Source: Eledone cirrhosa
Taxonomy: Eukaryota
Assembly: GCA_964016885.1 (NCBI GenBank)
Contig: OZ024746.1
Location: forward strand, 59,644,001-59,708,000
Direction of reading: 5' to 3'
Length of the DNA stretch: 64,000 bases
This document shows positions 1-12,308 of this stretch, in pieces. A program made the position numbers and the translations under genes. Every line of letters begins with the position of its first letter. The first letter of the stretch is position 1. Under the pieces are notes generated by a model. It did no database searches. It was not told the DNA's origin and saw only the letters and a program-made list of their open reading frames with translations.

Positions 1-19
1 ATATGGATACACTGATTCA

Positions 20-235
20 TACATACATACACACACACATAGATACACACATACATACATACATACATACATACATACATACATACATACATACATACAT
101 ACATACATACATACATACATACATACATACATACATAATACATACATACATACATACATACATACATACATACATACATACATACATACATACATACATA
201 AGTACATACATACATAAAAACATACATACAAACAT
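20..235. repeat. (TACA)n microsatellite
   Basis: Long run of acat repeats seen directly. Confidence 0.95.
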
Positions 236-1083
236 AAAAATAACTGCATCTCGGTTTCAAGAATTGCTATCCCTTGACCTTTTTCTCATACATGGGGTGT
301 ATGAACATAATCTTTTATCTCTGCCAAGGATTTAGATTCTTCTCTGCATATGCTGCAGTGAAAGAAAAACCAAAAGGTAATGCTCACACAACACACGTGA
401 AAGTCGTTTAGTCCAAGAGCTACCTGTGCTTGAAGCTGTTTTAAGTGAAGAACAGGCTTGCATTAGATAAATCCCATCCTTTGAACAACAGTGACTGGTA
501 TACAAAAGGAAGGACAGTTCAACATTATTGGCTGTCCTCAAGTTGCAGGTTTTACATCGGAGTTTCTTCTTCTCCTAGTATGATGCCCTTACAGGAACTA
601 AGGATCCCTCGCGCCCGGTAGGCTAGCCGCGCGCTCCAGCACCAAATACCACAAGTATTTCCATGTCCCTGCGCATACATACATGCACATATACACATTC
701 ACACACAAACACACAAGCATACATACATACGTACATACATACATGGTGGCTGCCAACTCGTTTTCGAGTACGGCCACTACTTTATATCCATGTAGGAGAA
801 CCCCTACCGATGCGCTGAACGAGTGTGACTTTTTAGTCCAGCCAGCAACTTGAAAACTCTGGTACAAACACTACACTTGTGACAATTATTGACACATGGT
901 GCTGGGCCCATGGTACCATGTGACGACAAGTGCAGAGAGATCTCCAGATATAAAGCAATGCCTGTGCCGTGAAGCTTTTATAGTGAGCAAAGGCACTGCA
1001 CAAAGCCAGTCCCACTCTCTTAACCAAGATGATATTTACCAAAAAGAAGAACAAGTCAACATCATATATACATACATACATAT

Positions 1084-2400
1084 TTGATCCTTAGAGGTGA
1101 GACGGAGCAAGTTAAAACTGATAAGATACATTACCAGAAGGGCATCTTTCAGGGTGATAGCTTGTCAGTGCTACTCTTCGTTCTCTCACTAAATCCACTA
1201 TCTTACCTACTCAGGAAACAAGGTGGACAAAAAGGTGGGTCCAGAAGTATCTCCCATCTTTTCTTTGTTGATGACCTGAAGTTGTATGGGCCAAATATCA
1301 ATGACATCAAGAAACAATTGGACCTCATTACACAATTTTCAACAGACATCAAAATGAAATTTGGTGAGTCCAAGTGTGCATATTTGGCAGTAAAACGTGG
1401 AAGAGCTGTGCCCTCCTCTAGAAATCTAGAGATGAACGGCCTGACAATACAACCTCTACAGTCAGGTGACAAGTACAGATATCTTGGATAGGATGAGAAT
1501 GTCAGATATGATGGACCCATAAATAAGGAGAGCACCAGAACTGAATACCTCAGAAGAGTAAAGAAAATATGGTCATCAGAACTGTCAGCGTACAACAAAT
1601 ACATTGCCCGCAATACTTATGCTGTGCCAATTCTAACGCCAACATTTGGCCTACTGAACTGGTCATTGCAAGAACTAAGTGAGATGGATGTTAGAACTCG
1701 CAAACTTCTCAGTGTTACTGGGAACTTTAACATCAATGGTGATGTGGGTAGGCTATACTTCTCACGCAAGGAAGGTGGCCGGGGTCTAAAATCCATATTA
1801 ACAACATATGAGACCCGGATAGTGACACTGAAGCAACACCTTCAACAGAGGAAAAAGGTTGGCAACCATCTTGCCCAGGTTTATGAGCATGAAAAAAAAA
1901 TATCATTAGAATAGCCACTGATCTGGAGGAGAGATATGGAATAAAGCCTGATATAAATCTCTCACCCAGAGAAATCGGAAGATCCTATTCAATGTTCAAA
2001 CAAGATGAAAAAATTGACCAATTTACAGAAAAAGTTGTGCATGGATACTTGAGACGTAAAACACAGACCATAGAGGGGATAAACCACTCAAAAAGCCTGG
2101 CATGGAGTTCCGACAAGTTTATGACATCACACCTTGAGGGATATCTCTATGCAATACAGGAACAAGAACTCCCTACTAAATATCTGCTGCACAAAAGGGG
2201 AGGACCATCAGCTGACAATAAATGTAGGCTATGTAAAACAAAGATCGAGGATGTAAGCCACATTGTTGCCAGCTGCGAAAGAATGTCATCTCGCTACTAC
2301 CTCCCCATGAGACACGATGGGATAGCTAGAACCATCTGGAACGCACTTCGGAAAACAAAATTAACAACAAACGAGGAAGAATATATTGAGACAGATGAAG
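1084..2400 (+). pseudogene. Decayed non-LTR retrotransposon, restriction-like-endonuclease type (R4/Dong-like): RT C-terminal half plus CCHC knuckle
   Basis: RT motifs GIFQGDSLS, SHLFFVDDLKLY, FGESKC and YRYLG. In-frame TAG at 1489-1491 and a frameshift in the A-run near 1900. Then QEQELPT, CRLC...HIVASC and RHDGIA, which precede RLE domains. Truncated before the PD-D motif. Confidence 0.85.
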
Positions 2401-3289
2401 GTGGCCGGTCAAAAAAAACATACTCGAAATTAAGAGAAAGAGATAACATACATACATACAAAATGGGGTCAATATTCAGTCTATCCTATAATGAATATTA
2501 GCCCCAATTACTTCTGCGATTTATACAACCTTCGTAAAGAAAAAATGTTGACTTCTTTGGATAAATGCAAAGAAGCATCTTCATAGAGAAAATCGTAACA
2601 ATCTTACTCAAGCAGTGAAACTAAACAGAGATGAGACGTGTTGGCGAATTAGTGGTATCATTACAATGCCAGCATTTGTTCTGACTCTATGTACTCTGCG
2701 TTCAAATCTGTCGTTGGTCAACCAGTAAAATTGATCACTATATTCTGAACATATACCCTCAAGCTGATGATATAAATAGAATATAACCATCAAACCTAGA
2801 GGTAGGAAAGCGTCCGTTAAAAGGCATCGGTACACGTTCTGGTTCTCTACCTGCTGCGTCGAAATCGCACCGGAGTCAACTTTGCTTTTCATCGTCTTGA
2901 GGGTGATAAATAAGTACCTGGCCAGAGGCGGTTGTTTGCTGAGAGTGTGAAAACGTTGAACAAGATGCTTTGCGGTATCTGAACAAGCGCATTGCGGTTT
3001 TTTTTTTTCCCGGTCAACTGTCTTTTCTATGAGTTGTTATTGCAGTACTTCCAGGGTTCATACGATTTCCCACTGGTATGTATGTAAAATATGCCAGCTA
3101 CACACATTTCAATGCGAAGCAATTGTCCCAACAAGCCGCTTTCGTTGGGAATAAATACGTCACACAACCTAATAACATGAACCAATGAAAATGCCTAACA
3201 AATAAACGCATTGACACCTGTACATCATGTCCTCGGGAAATTTGCAAAGAACATAAACTAAAATCAAATCAGAATCAATATATACACAT

Positions 3290-3714
3290 TCATACACATT
3301 CACACACACACACGCACGCACACACACACACACACACACACAGATAAATACACACACATACACACACAGATACACACACAGAATTTTACTCTACATCTGT
3401 TGTATTGAGTAATTTGTCTCCCCTTCATAGCTACCAACTTACATATATATATGTGTGTGTGTGTATATGTGTGAGAGTCTATGTGTGCGTGTCTATGTAC
3501 GTTTTCGTCTATATGCGTGTGCATTTGTGTCGTTTATGTGTATGTGTGCCTGTATAAATATATGCGTTTGTTTGTGAGTATATAAATATATATATTATAT
3601 ACAGGGATATATATGTATATCCCTGTATATTTATATAAATATATTTGTAAACACACATACACACACACACATATATATATATAAAGAGAGAGAGGGGGGA
3701 GATGAATGGATGTA

Positions 3715-3749
<35 letters not shown>

Positions 3750-3851
3750 GTATAAGTGTAGTTTGTGTGTGTACATATATATATATATATGAACATATAT
3801 ATAGATATACATATATATATATTTCTGTGTCCGTATGTGTGTATGTGTGTT

Positions 3852-3919
<68 letters not shown>

Positions 3920-4341
3920 TACATATATACATATATACATATATATAATATATGTATGCAAACATATATATATATGAACATATATACAGAGAGATATACA
4001 TATATATATTTTGGTTTTTCTATGTGTCCGTACGTGTGTATGTGTGTATGTATGTGTGTGTGTCTGTATATGTGTGTGTATATATATATATATATATCTG
4101 TGTGTGTGTGTATGTGTGTGAGTGTGTTTGTATGTGTGTCTGTGTCTGAGTGTACATACAACACTTGTATATTTTCCAATTTAGTGTGTCTAATTATAAA
4201 ACTTGCAACTTGTTCAAGTGGACAATTTGATTTAAAATAAAGAGGAATAGCTTGAAAAAACAAAACTCTCCTCTACTTTATTAACTTGCTTCTGCTTCTC
4301 TATGTGTGTCACGCTGAATCTTTTTGTCTGTGTGTATATAA

Positions 4342-4378
<37 letters not shown>

Positions 4379-4477
4379 CGTGTGTGTGTGTGTGCGTGTG
4401 TGTGTGTGCGTGTGTGCATATATATGTATATATATATATGTGTGTGTGTGTGTTGTGTGCGTGTGTGCATATATATG

Positions 4478-4509
<32 letters not shown>

Positions 4510-4518
4510 CGTGTGTGC

Positions 4519-4551
<33 letters not shown>

Positions 4552-4822
4552 CGTGTGTGCATATATATGTATATATAGATATATATGTGTGTGTGTGTGT
4601 GTGTGTGCTTGTGTGCATATATATGTATATATAGATATATGTGTGTGCGTGTGTGTGTGGTTGTGTGCATATATATGTATATATAGATATATGTGTGTGT
4701 GTGCATATATATGTATATATAGATATATGTGTGTGCGTGTGTGTATGTATATGTATATTAAAAAAAAGAGTGACTGAGTGGTGTGATTTGATATGTAACT
4801 TGTTATGCATGTGTGCGTTTGT

Positions 4823-4889
<67 letters not shown>

Positions 4890-4928
4890 AAAACACACAC
4901 GGATATATATATATACGCATATACACAC

Positions 4929-4959
<31 letters not shown>

Positions 4960-5064
4960 CGCACATACACACACAGGTATATATATGTATATATATATAT
5001 ATATATAGACGCACAAACACACACAGATATATATATACGCACATACACACACAGATACAGACAC

Positions 5065-5156
<92 letters not shown>

Positions 5157-5359
5157 ATGTATGTGCATATATATATATATATATGTGTGTGCCCATACAT
5201 ACACAGATATCTATATATATATACGCACATACACATACAGATAAATATAGATATATAGATATATATAGATATATATAGATATACAGGCTGTCCCAAAAAA
5301 TGTGTATACACTTCAACAGCATTTCAATCAAAGTGTGTATACATTTTTGCGACACCCTG

Positions 5360-5397
<38 letters not shown>

Positions 5398-5470
5398 TAT
5401 GCGCAGGGAGATGAAAATACTCGATTTGATGCTGGAGTGTGTGTGTGCGTGTGTGTACGTGCGAGAGAGA
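3290..5470. repeat. Compound (TA)n/(TG)n/(CA)n microsatellite field
   Basis: Seen directly; source of the YIYI/CVCV ORFs. Confidence 0.95.
5284..5359. mobile_element. Tiny Tc1/mariner-type MITE
   Basis: TA|CAGGCTGTCCCAAAAAATGTGTATACAC ... GTGTATACATTTTTGCGACACCCTG|TA: imperfect terminal inverted repeats with TA on both sides. Confidence 0.7.
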
Positions 5471-5632
5471 GAGAGGGTGTTTCGTAGTAATCACTTTAAT
5501 CACCTTGACCGACCAGTCTGTCGGGCGCCACTCGGCGGCGCTGGTCACAGCACGTGCTGTTTTAGCTATACGATGACGCCATCCTACTGGCTGGGCGGGC
5601 AGGCCGTAAGTCTAAAGTCTGTCTTAAGCCAG

Positions 5633-5892
5633 AAGGCTCATTTGGCCGGTGCTTATCCCGGTTTCATGGCGTGAAGCGACTGAGAGTACAAGACTCCCCC
5701 CTGGACAGGACGCCAGTCCATCGCAGGGTTAAACCCCCAGCTATTGCTGGTACTCATTTTCAGCTGAGTAAACTGGAGCAACGTGAAATAAAGTGTCTTG
5801 CTCAAGGAAACAACACATCACCGGTCCGAGAATTGAACTCATAACCTTTCGATTGCAAGCCTACTGCTCTAACCATTAAGCCATGCGCCTTC
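5633..5892 (-). mobile_element. tRNA-derived SINE (family S1, CORE-like)
   Basis: Minus strand has an A-box (TGGCTTAATGG), a B-box (GAGTTCAATTC) and the core CTTGAGCAAGACACTTTATTTCACGTTGCTCCAG. The same head and core recur at 42.1, 45.2 and 54.1 kb. Confidence 0.85.
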
Positions 5893-6419
5893 ATAGTAGT
5901 AATAGACAGGTAAAAGTATCGAAGGTGTAGAGCAACTCAAGTCCTTAGGGTGAGTTTGAATATAATTATTAAGGCCGGGTACTACAATGGCCCCACACCA
6001 TTGCCCTGAGGATCCACTTGTTCAAATTGAGCCGATGAAAAAGAACCAGAAAATGTTTACTCAAAAATAGAAATACTGAACAATAGGGAAAGAGAGACGA
6101 GTCCCAAATCAAGGGCAGATAATCTCATTAAATTTCAAAACAAATGTCGGAGAAAAGGGTTTAAGCCTTCATAGATACATACTTCCCCCTAGGCTATGAA
6201 TACCACCAGATCTTTAACCGTCATTCAATCAAAATTCGATACCCCTGAGCCAGGAATATGAAGTCACGCCTCCTGCATAAACAATAGAGCTCCAAAGTGG
6301 ATGTTCTTGTAAAAAAACTTGAGTCATGCCTGTTGTATCAACAATACAACGCCCTATCGATAATATACGAAGCTGAAGTCTCTCCATTGAATCAACACCA
6401 CCAAAAGGAATCCTTGAAA

Positions 6420-6575
6420 TAGGTCGGTATGTCAAAGAGCCTGTTTAAAAACCGCTTCCTTGATCACGAAACGAACTTCAAATACCCAAATTATAGAAAT
6501 ATCACAAATTTGGCAAATAAAATATGGCAACTGAAAGGCAAGAACATAGGTTTTCTCTTTTTAGTATATGCTGAT

Positions 6576-6637
<62 letters not shown>

Positions 6638-6990
6638 AGGGAGCATTCGAATTAAAACAAGGGAAAGTAACAGCCGAAAATAAAAATTCTTCTCTCAACT
6701 GATTACAGATTATAACAAAAGAAAAGTTAACAAAACTACTATTTAAAGACTGTGGCAGAATTTTCAATTCCACTCTTCAACACCCTCAAAGCATAAATAA
6801 TATACCAATTAATTCAATAGGATAAATATTGTTTACATCACCACTTGTTTATAATACCCACACAATTAAATAAAGAAATTAGGAATTAAACATTAAAAAT
6901 CCATTAAACAACTTTTAGTGAATTAAATTAAGAGCCACACACACATATAAGGTATACCTATCAATTCAATAATTAAGAAGTAGCAAGTGC
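6420..6990 (+). pseudogene. Penelope-like element GIY-YIG remnants, heavily decayed
   Basis: GMSKSLFKNRFLDHETNFKYPNYRNITNLANKIWQLK resembles the post-YIG segment at 20.2 kb; a second fragment reads IVYITTC near 6830. Confidence 0.55.
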
Positions 6991-7596
6991 TTTTTTTATT
7001 ATTGTCATTGAGATGTCCAAGTACATTTTCATTGAGATGTCCAAATGACAAATAATTTCCTTCGGAAATAGAAAAGAATATTCAATAGATAGTATACGAA
7101 TCTTTTCGCTATGAAAGAGCGTGAAACGTTGAAATAACACGTGAGTCATTCAACTACCAAATGAATGTGTGTGTATCAGGACAATATGACACATTCCTAG
7201 TGACGCTAAAAATAGCACCCATTATACTCGGCTATCAACTCAACCATTAAGGAGTAGAAATTTCTGGCAGAAAGTTATTTGTCACTGATATACTTGGACA
7301 TATCAATGAAAAGAATCAGAGAAGCATTAAAAACATCCATTGGGAGGAATAAAAGCTAGACAAACTGATATTGGAAAATTTTCCTCGTATCGTCTCTCTA
7401 ACTGGTGTTTCTGGGTTTAAGAAACAATAATATAAGACATTTAATATTGGAAGAAATTCATTCATCAGAGGGATTCATTGGATATAGAAAAAATATTCAA
7501 TAAGTAGTATAGAGATCTTGTCGTTATCAAACATCGTGGTACGTTGAATAACACGTGAGTCATTTGACTATCAAATGAATGTTATATATATATATA

Positions 7597-10110
7597 CTAG
7601 CTGAGCTACCCGGTGATACCCGGGTATTTTATGAAAGTTACAATATATTTGGCACACATTACAAAATATTTGACCATTCAAATATGATTGCTGAATTTTA
7701 ACTAAAGTAGGAATTATAGCAGAATATTTATTGCCGTTTGGTCAAAGTAAATGATCTAGATAAAAATATTAGTTTTTTCTAGTGGTGATTTTTTAAATAC
7801 TGCTCCCTATTACAGTCAGCATATAATGCTTTACTCATAGATGAATCATTAGGTATGTTGTCAGTGAAAAGGGCATGACCCAAAAAATACATTTAGATTT
7901 TTGTATTTATCCTTTTCTATCTTTTTTTTTTTTTTTTTTTTTTTTTTGGCTCAAGCTGAACCTCTGAAATTCAAACAACATGTAAAGACTATTTTAAAAA
8001 CCATAAATAAAATAAGAAAATAAATTTAGCATTGGTTTATGATTGAATGAAGTATTTACTTACTCATTTCTGTAATTCGGGAAAGTGTATTTAAATGTGT
8101 ACACTGTAGCTTTCACCAATCTTCGCCTCTATGGCAGTAGGATCTTGTTTGAGGGAGATTTGTTTTCTATTTCTATTAGCCATACCAACAGTTATAGTGG
8201 CTCACATGACATACATAGATACATACACACACATGTATGTGTGTAAGACAGTTGTTTGTGATTTGAAATGGATTTTGCTAATATTTCTAGTAGATCGAGT
8301 TATCACATAGAACCATTCCTTTTTGCTTCATACATATATACATACCTGAGAAAGTAAGGTGGCATTTGAAGGAAATTTGGCTGCTATTTCTACCCAACAA
8401 AGTCCTCACTTATACTACTTTATATAGCAGAGGTACCCGGGAATGCCTACATATTCTTCCAAAGTAACACCATGCAGTAAATTTGCGGCTTCAGAATTCC
8501 TTGCAAAATACATGACTAAGGAATTAGGATCTGTGTGTTTTGTCATTGAATGAGGAATTACGACATTGCTCATTCCAAAGCCTCTGGATAAACAACATTC
8601 TTGGTTTTGCCCTGTGGTGCCACAATGAAGAGACAATCAGGGTTCCCAACCCTTGTTGTGCCAACATAGAGTTCACCATGTGAAAAGACAGGATCTGCCA
8701 GATTCAACCCAACAACTTTCAATGATTGCCCTTGTGATTTATTAATGGTCATGGCAAAACTGAGCCTGATCGGAAATTGAAGTCTTTGAAATACAAATGG
8801 TAAATCAATTGGCTTCAGAGGTACTCTGGGAATGAAACAATTGTCACCAGAAAATTTTCCTGACATGATTGCAACTGCTAGAACATTGGACATCATATTT
8901 TTTATGATGAGTCTTGTGCGATTACAAAGTTTTGGAGGATCCAGATTGCGAAGTAGCATAACAGATGCTCCAAGCTTCAGTATCAGGTTGTGTGGAGGAA
9001 TTTCCGCTCGTTCAAGACTGTTAAAAAATTCAGTTGGATAGTTTACAACCTGATCTTCAGAAGTGATTGTGTCAATTGATTTGTAGCATATTTACTCTCC
9101 CGGTAACATCTCCAGCAGCCTTCTGTTGATTTCTTTCACAGCAACATTTTTAGGTGCTAAGATTGCTCGTTCACAGAGCCATTTCGAATCACATTGCCTG
9201 GTCTGAATGTTTGGAAACACTCTAGCAATCAGTTCTTGTTCTGTTTCAATGATATGGCCAAATGACAACTGAATATGGTCATTGGAGTCCTTTTCAAGAA
9301 GTCCATTTCCCAATTTAAGTAGTTGGATGGCAAACTCAGACACCTTCGTCACCAGTTAAATGCACTCGCATGTTGGTTGAAAGTGAGGTCAGAGATAGGA
9401 TGTTTTCAGACAGGTATTGACCTGATCATCTCGAGTCCCTCAAAGAATTACAGGCTGAGTTTGTCTGAAATCACCAGCAAGAACCATTGTCACTCCTCCC
9501 ATTATACAACTATTTTCTCTCAGATCCCTTATCATCCGGCCAAAGCTTCAATTGTTCCTTTATGGCTCATAGTAGCTTCACCCCAAATTATCATCTTGCA
9601 TGTTTGCAGAAGCTTGCCCTTGGGTGAGTTCTTCTTGATGTTGCAAAAAGATTGTTCATGCCGCGTGAGATCTATGGATTGTGCAGTTCTTCCTCCATCC
9701 AGAAGTGTTGCTTCAATGCCACTTGAAGCCACAGCAAGGGCAATATGTTGCTTTTAGCGAACGTTTACAAGCAGGAGGTTTATGAGAAATGTCTTGCTAG
9801 TGCCAGCAGGAGCATCGATGAAGAAAATCCTTCCCTGTCATTTTGAATGTTTTCGATGATGTTGTGGTAAGCGTATTTATGGTCATCCATCAATCGAGGT
9901 TCATTTTCATCCACAAACTTACGCAATGCTTGAATATCGTAGTTTGTCTCCTGAAAAATGTCTTGTGCTACCTCCATTTCTTCATTTGGCTCTGGCATCC
10001 CGCATTTAGCTAATGTGCTATTCATTGCCTGAACTCGATGGGACAGTTCAGAGAGAGCTTGATTGTAAATCCTGGGGGTATATTCCATATACATGTTGCC
10101 ATGATGTCTT
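7597..10110 (-). mobile_element. Helitron, 5'-truncated, with decayed RepHel PIF1-type helicase
   Basis: Frameshifted minus-strand ORFs with ASSGIEATLLDGGRTA, ERAILAPKN, MLLRNLD..LCN.TRL, RLQFPIRLSFAMTINKSQGQSL and FSHGELYV. Minus-strand 3' end has hairpin ACCCGGGTATCACCGGGT then CTAG|T at 7597. Confidence 0.9.
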
Positions 10111-10191
10111 CGGGCTAGGTGTAGTTAATTGTCAGGCATATTGTTTTTGTACTTCTGCCAGAGTAGATAGATATATATATATAATATATAT

Positions 10192-10482
<291 letters not shown>

Positions 10483-10620
10483 TATAATTCAATATAAAGA
10501 GATAAAAACACATATATACACATCTGTATTCAGATTACAAGGGACCAGAATTCTGGTCCCTTGTAATCTGAATACAGATGGGTATATATTTGTTGTTCTC
10601 TCTTTATATTGAATTATATA
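10483..10620. repeat. Spacer-less imperfect palindrome centred on GAATTC (10548-10553)
   Basis: CATCTGTATTCAGATTACAAGGGACCAGAA|TTCTGGTCCCTTGTAATCTGAATACAGATG, with arms extending about 68 bp. Confidence 0.9.
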
Positions 10621-10929
10621 TATATATATCTTAACACCATATGAAAAAACAATTTGGTTGGTTAGTTCTTCAACTACCTCCAAATAAGGACATGATACTA
10701 ACATACTACTAATTCTGAATAAAATTATTATTGCTTTTGAAAACAGCTGGTGATATGCATATAAGTAAATATTCTCTTTATCTGATATTTTGTAACTAGC
10801 CTTACATAGATCAATAACGGAGTATAGCTACAATGTATTATCATCACCTAGAAACGATCGAAAAGCACTGAAGTATATCTCTAATGACTTGATTTTTTAT
10901 TTCATTGTTTTAACTTATATATGTGTATA

Positions 10930-10987
<58 letters not shown>

Positions 10988-11498
10988 TATATTTAAAAAA
11001 TGAGAATTAATTAGAGTTACTTCCCGTAGGCATTATATATAGACGAGTCTTGTGTTTCTCACTCTCTTATTCGCTGCCGGCCTCGTTCTGACGAACAGCT
11101 CTCTATACTCTTGCGACGACTTCGGAACTGAACACTATATGTACAGAGCATATCACCTTTATCTTGCGTGCCCGGATTACTTTATCTTTTTTTCTCAAGT
11201 GGTTGGTTACCAGCAGTATCTTCCGGAGAAGATTAAACCAATAAACCAATCCACTAAACTGGTGACCCCGAAAATAGAACAAACGCTAAAACTGGACTCC
11301 TTCGTTTTAAACACGATATTTTTCTGAAAAGTATCTCTCGTGTCTGTTGTTCGACCAAACTTTCGTTTTGAAGTCGCCATCTTTGTGACACATCTTTGCT
11401 TGTTCGGTCTTACTTTTACTTAAGTTATCCATGGTACTACCACGTGTGCGGTAGTTGAAGAAAAAAACGACGAAGCAATTTCTCGTTCAGCGTCCACT

Positions 11499-12308
11499 GT
11501 GTCAATTATGAGCAACTCATCGTTACCGGCATTTTCTGGCGGCGCTAAATTGTGGTTTGCCCAGTTGGATTCATATTTTGCCGCCAACGAAGTTCAAGCA
11601 GCACAACAGAAACTACACGTGCTAGTTAGTGGAATTCCCGCTTCGCTGGAAACCACAGTTAAGGACAACACTACAAATCCTCCAAAAGGCACCTCTAACG
11701 ACTCCTTAAAAGTAGAAGTGATCCGTAGGAACAGTCGGGCGTCTGAAAGTAGATTTCGTTCCTTGTTAGATGAAAAATTGGGCGACAGAACTCCTGAGTT
11801 TTTACGGCGTATCCGGGAACTTAGCGATTCAACCACCGAGGATAATTCGTTCGTAAAGAAACTATTCTTCTCCCGTTTGCCAAACAATGTGGAGACCATA
11901 TTGGCGAATATGGTCGACCCCAGTTCCTTAGAACAGATTGCTGCCTCTGCGGACCGAATTATGGAATTTTCTAGAGAACCTACCTCGGCGGATTCGGTCG
12001 TCGCTTCTTCTGCCTTTAAAAACCTGCCTGTCTCACCACGTGAGGACGCCATGTTGAGAGCCATTGACGCGTTAATACGTCAAGTGGCTAAACTGTGTCG
12101 GGATCGAACGTCATCTAGGTGGCGTTCACGAAGGCGGTCTTCTTCTTCTTCTTCTTCTTCTTCTTCTTCTTCTTCTCATCGTCGCGCCAACTCCCCTGCC
12201 AATAATTCATCTTTATGCTGGTACCACGAGCGTTTTGCTGAGAACGCGAAACACTGTATACAGCCTTGTTCATTCGGGAAGTCGGGAAACGCCAGAGAGG
12301 TTCGCTGA
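11499..12308 (+). CDS. gag: Gypsy Gag with CHCC zinc motif
   Basis: [10 protein letters not shown] and [11 protein letters not shown] motifs; C-terminal [18 protein letters not shown]; poly-Ser from a (TCT)n expansion. Confidence 0.85.
   Translation: MSIMSNSSLPAFSGGAKLWFAQLDSYFAANEVQAAQQKLHVLVSGIPASLETTVKDNTTNPPKGTSNDSLKVEVIRRNSRASESRFRSLLDEKLGDRTPEFLRRIRELSDSTTEDNSFVKKLFFSRLPNNVETILANMVDPSSLEQIAASADRIMEFSREPTSADSVVASSAFKNLPVSPREDAMLRAIDALIRQVAKLCRDRTSSRWRSRRRSSSSSSSSSSSSSHRRANSPANNSSLCWYHERFAENAKHCIQPCSFGKSGNAREVR

Noticed and set aside
240-1060. Possible LINE remnants, weakly similar to 28010-28430
   Set aside because: Too decayed to assign by eye.
3169-5674. Long ORFs rich in YI, CV or HT dipeptides here and throughout the window
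   Set aside because: They are translations of dinucleotide microsatellites that lack stop codons.
5820-5892. tRNA-like sequence
   Set aside because: It is a SINE head, with no acceptor stem, and continues into the SINE core.
7075-7585. Diverged direct repeat with GAAACGTT and a minus-strand CTGATGA at about 7462
   Set aside because: No complete three-stem fold could be built; possibly a decayed pseudo-LTR.
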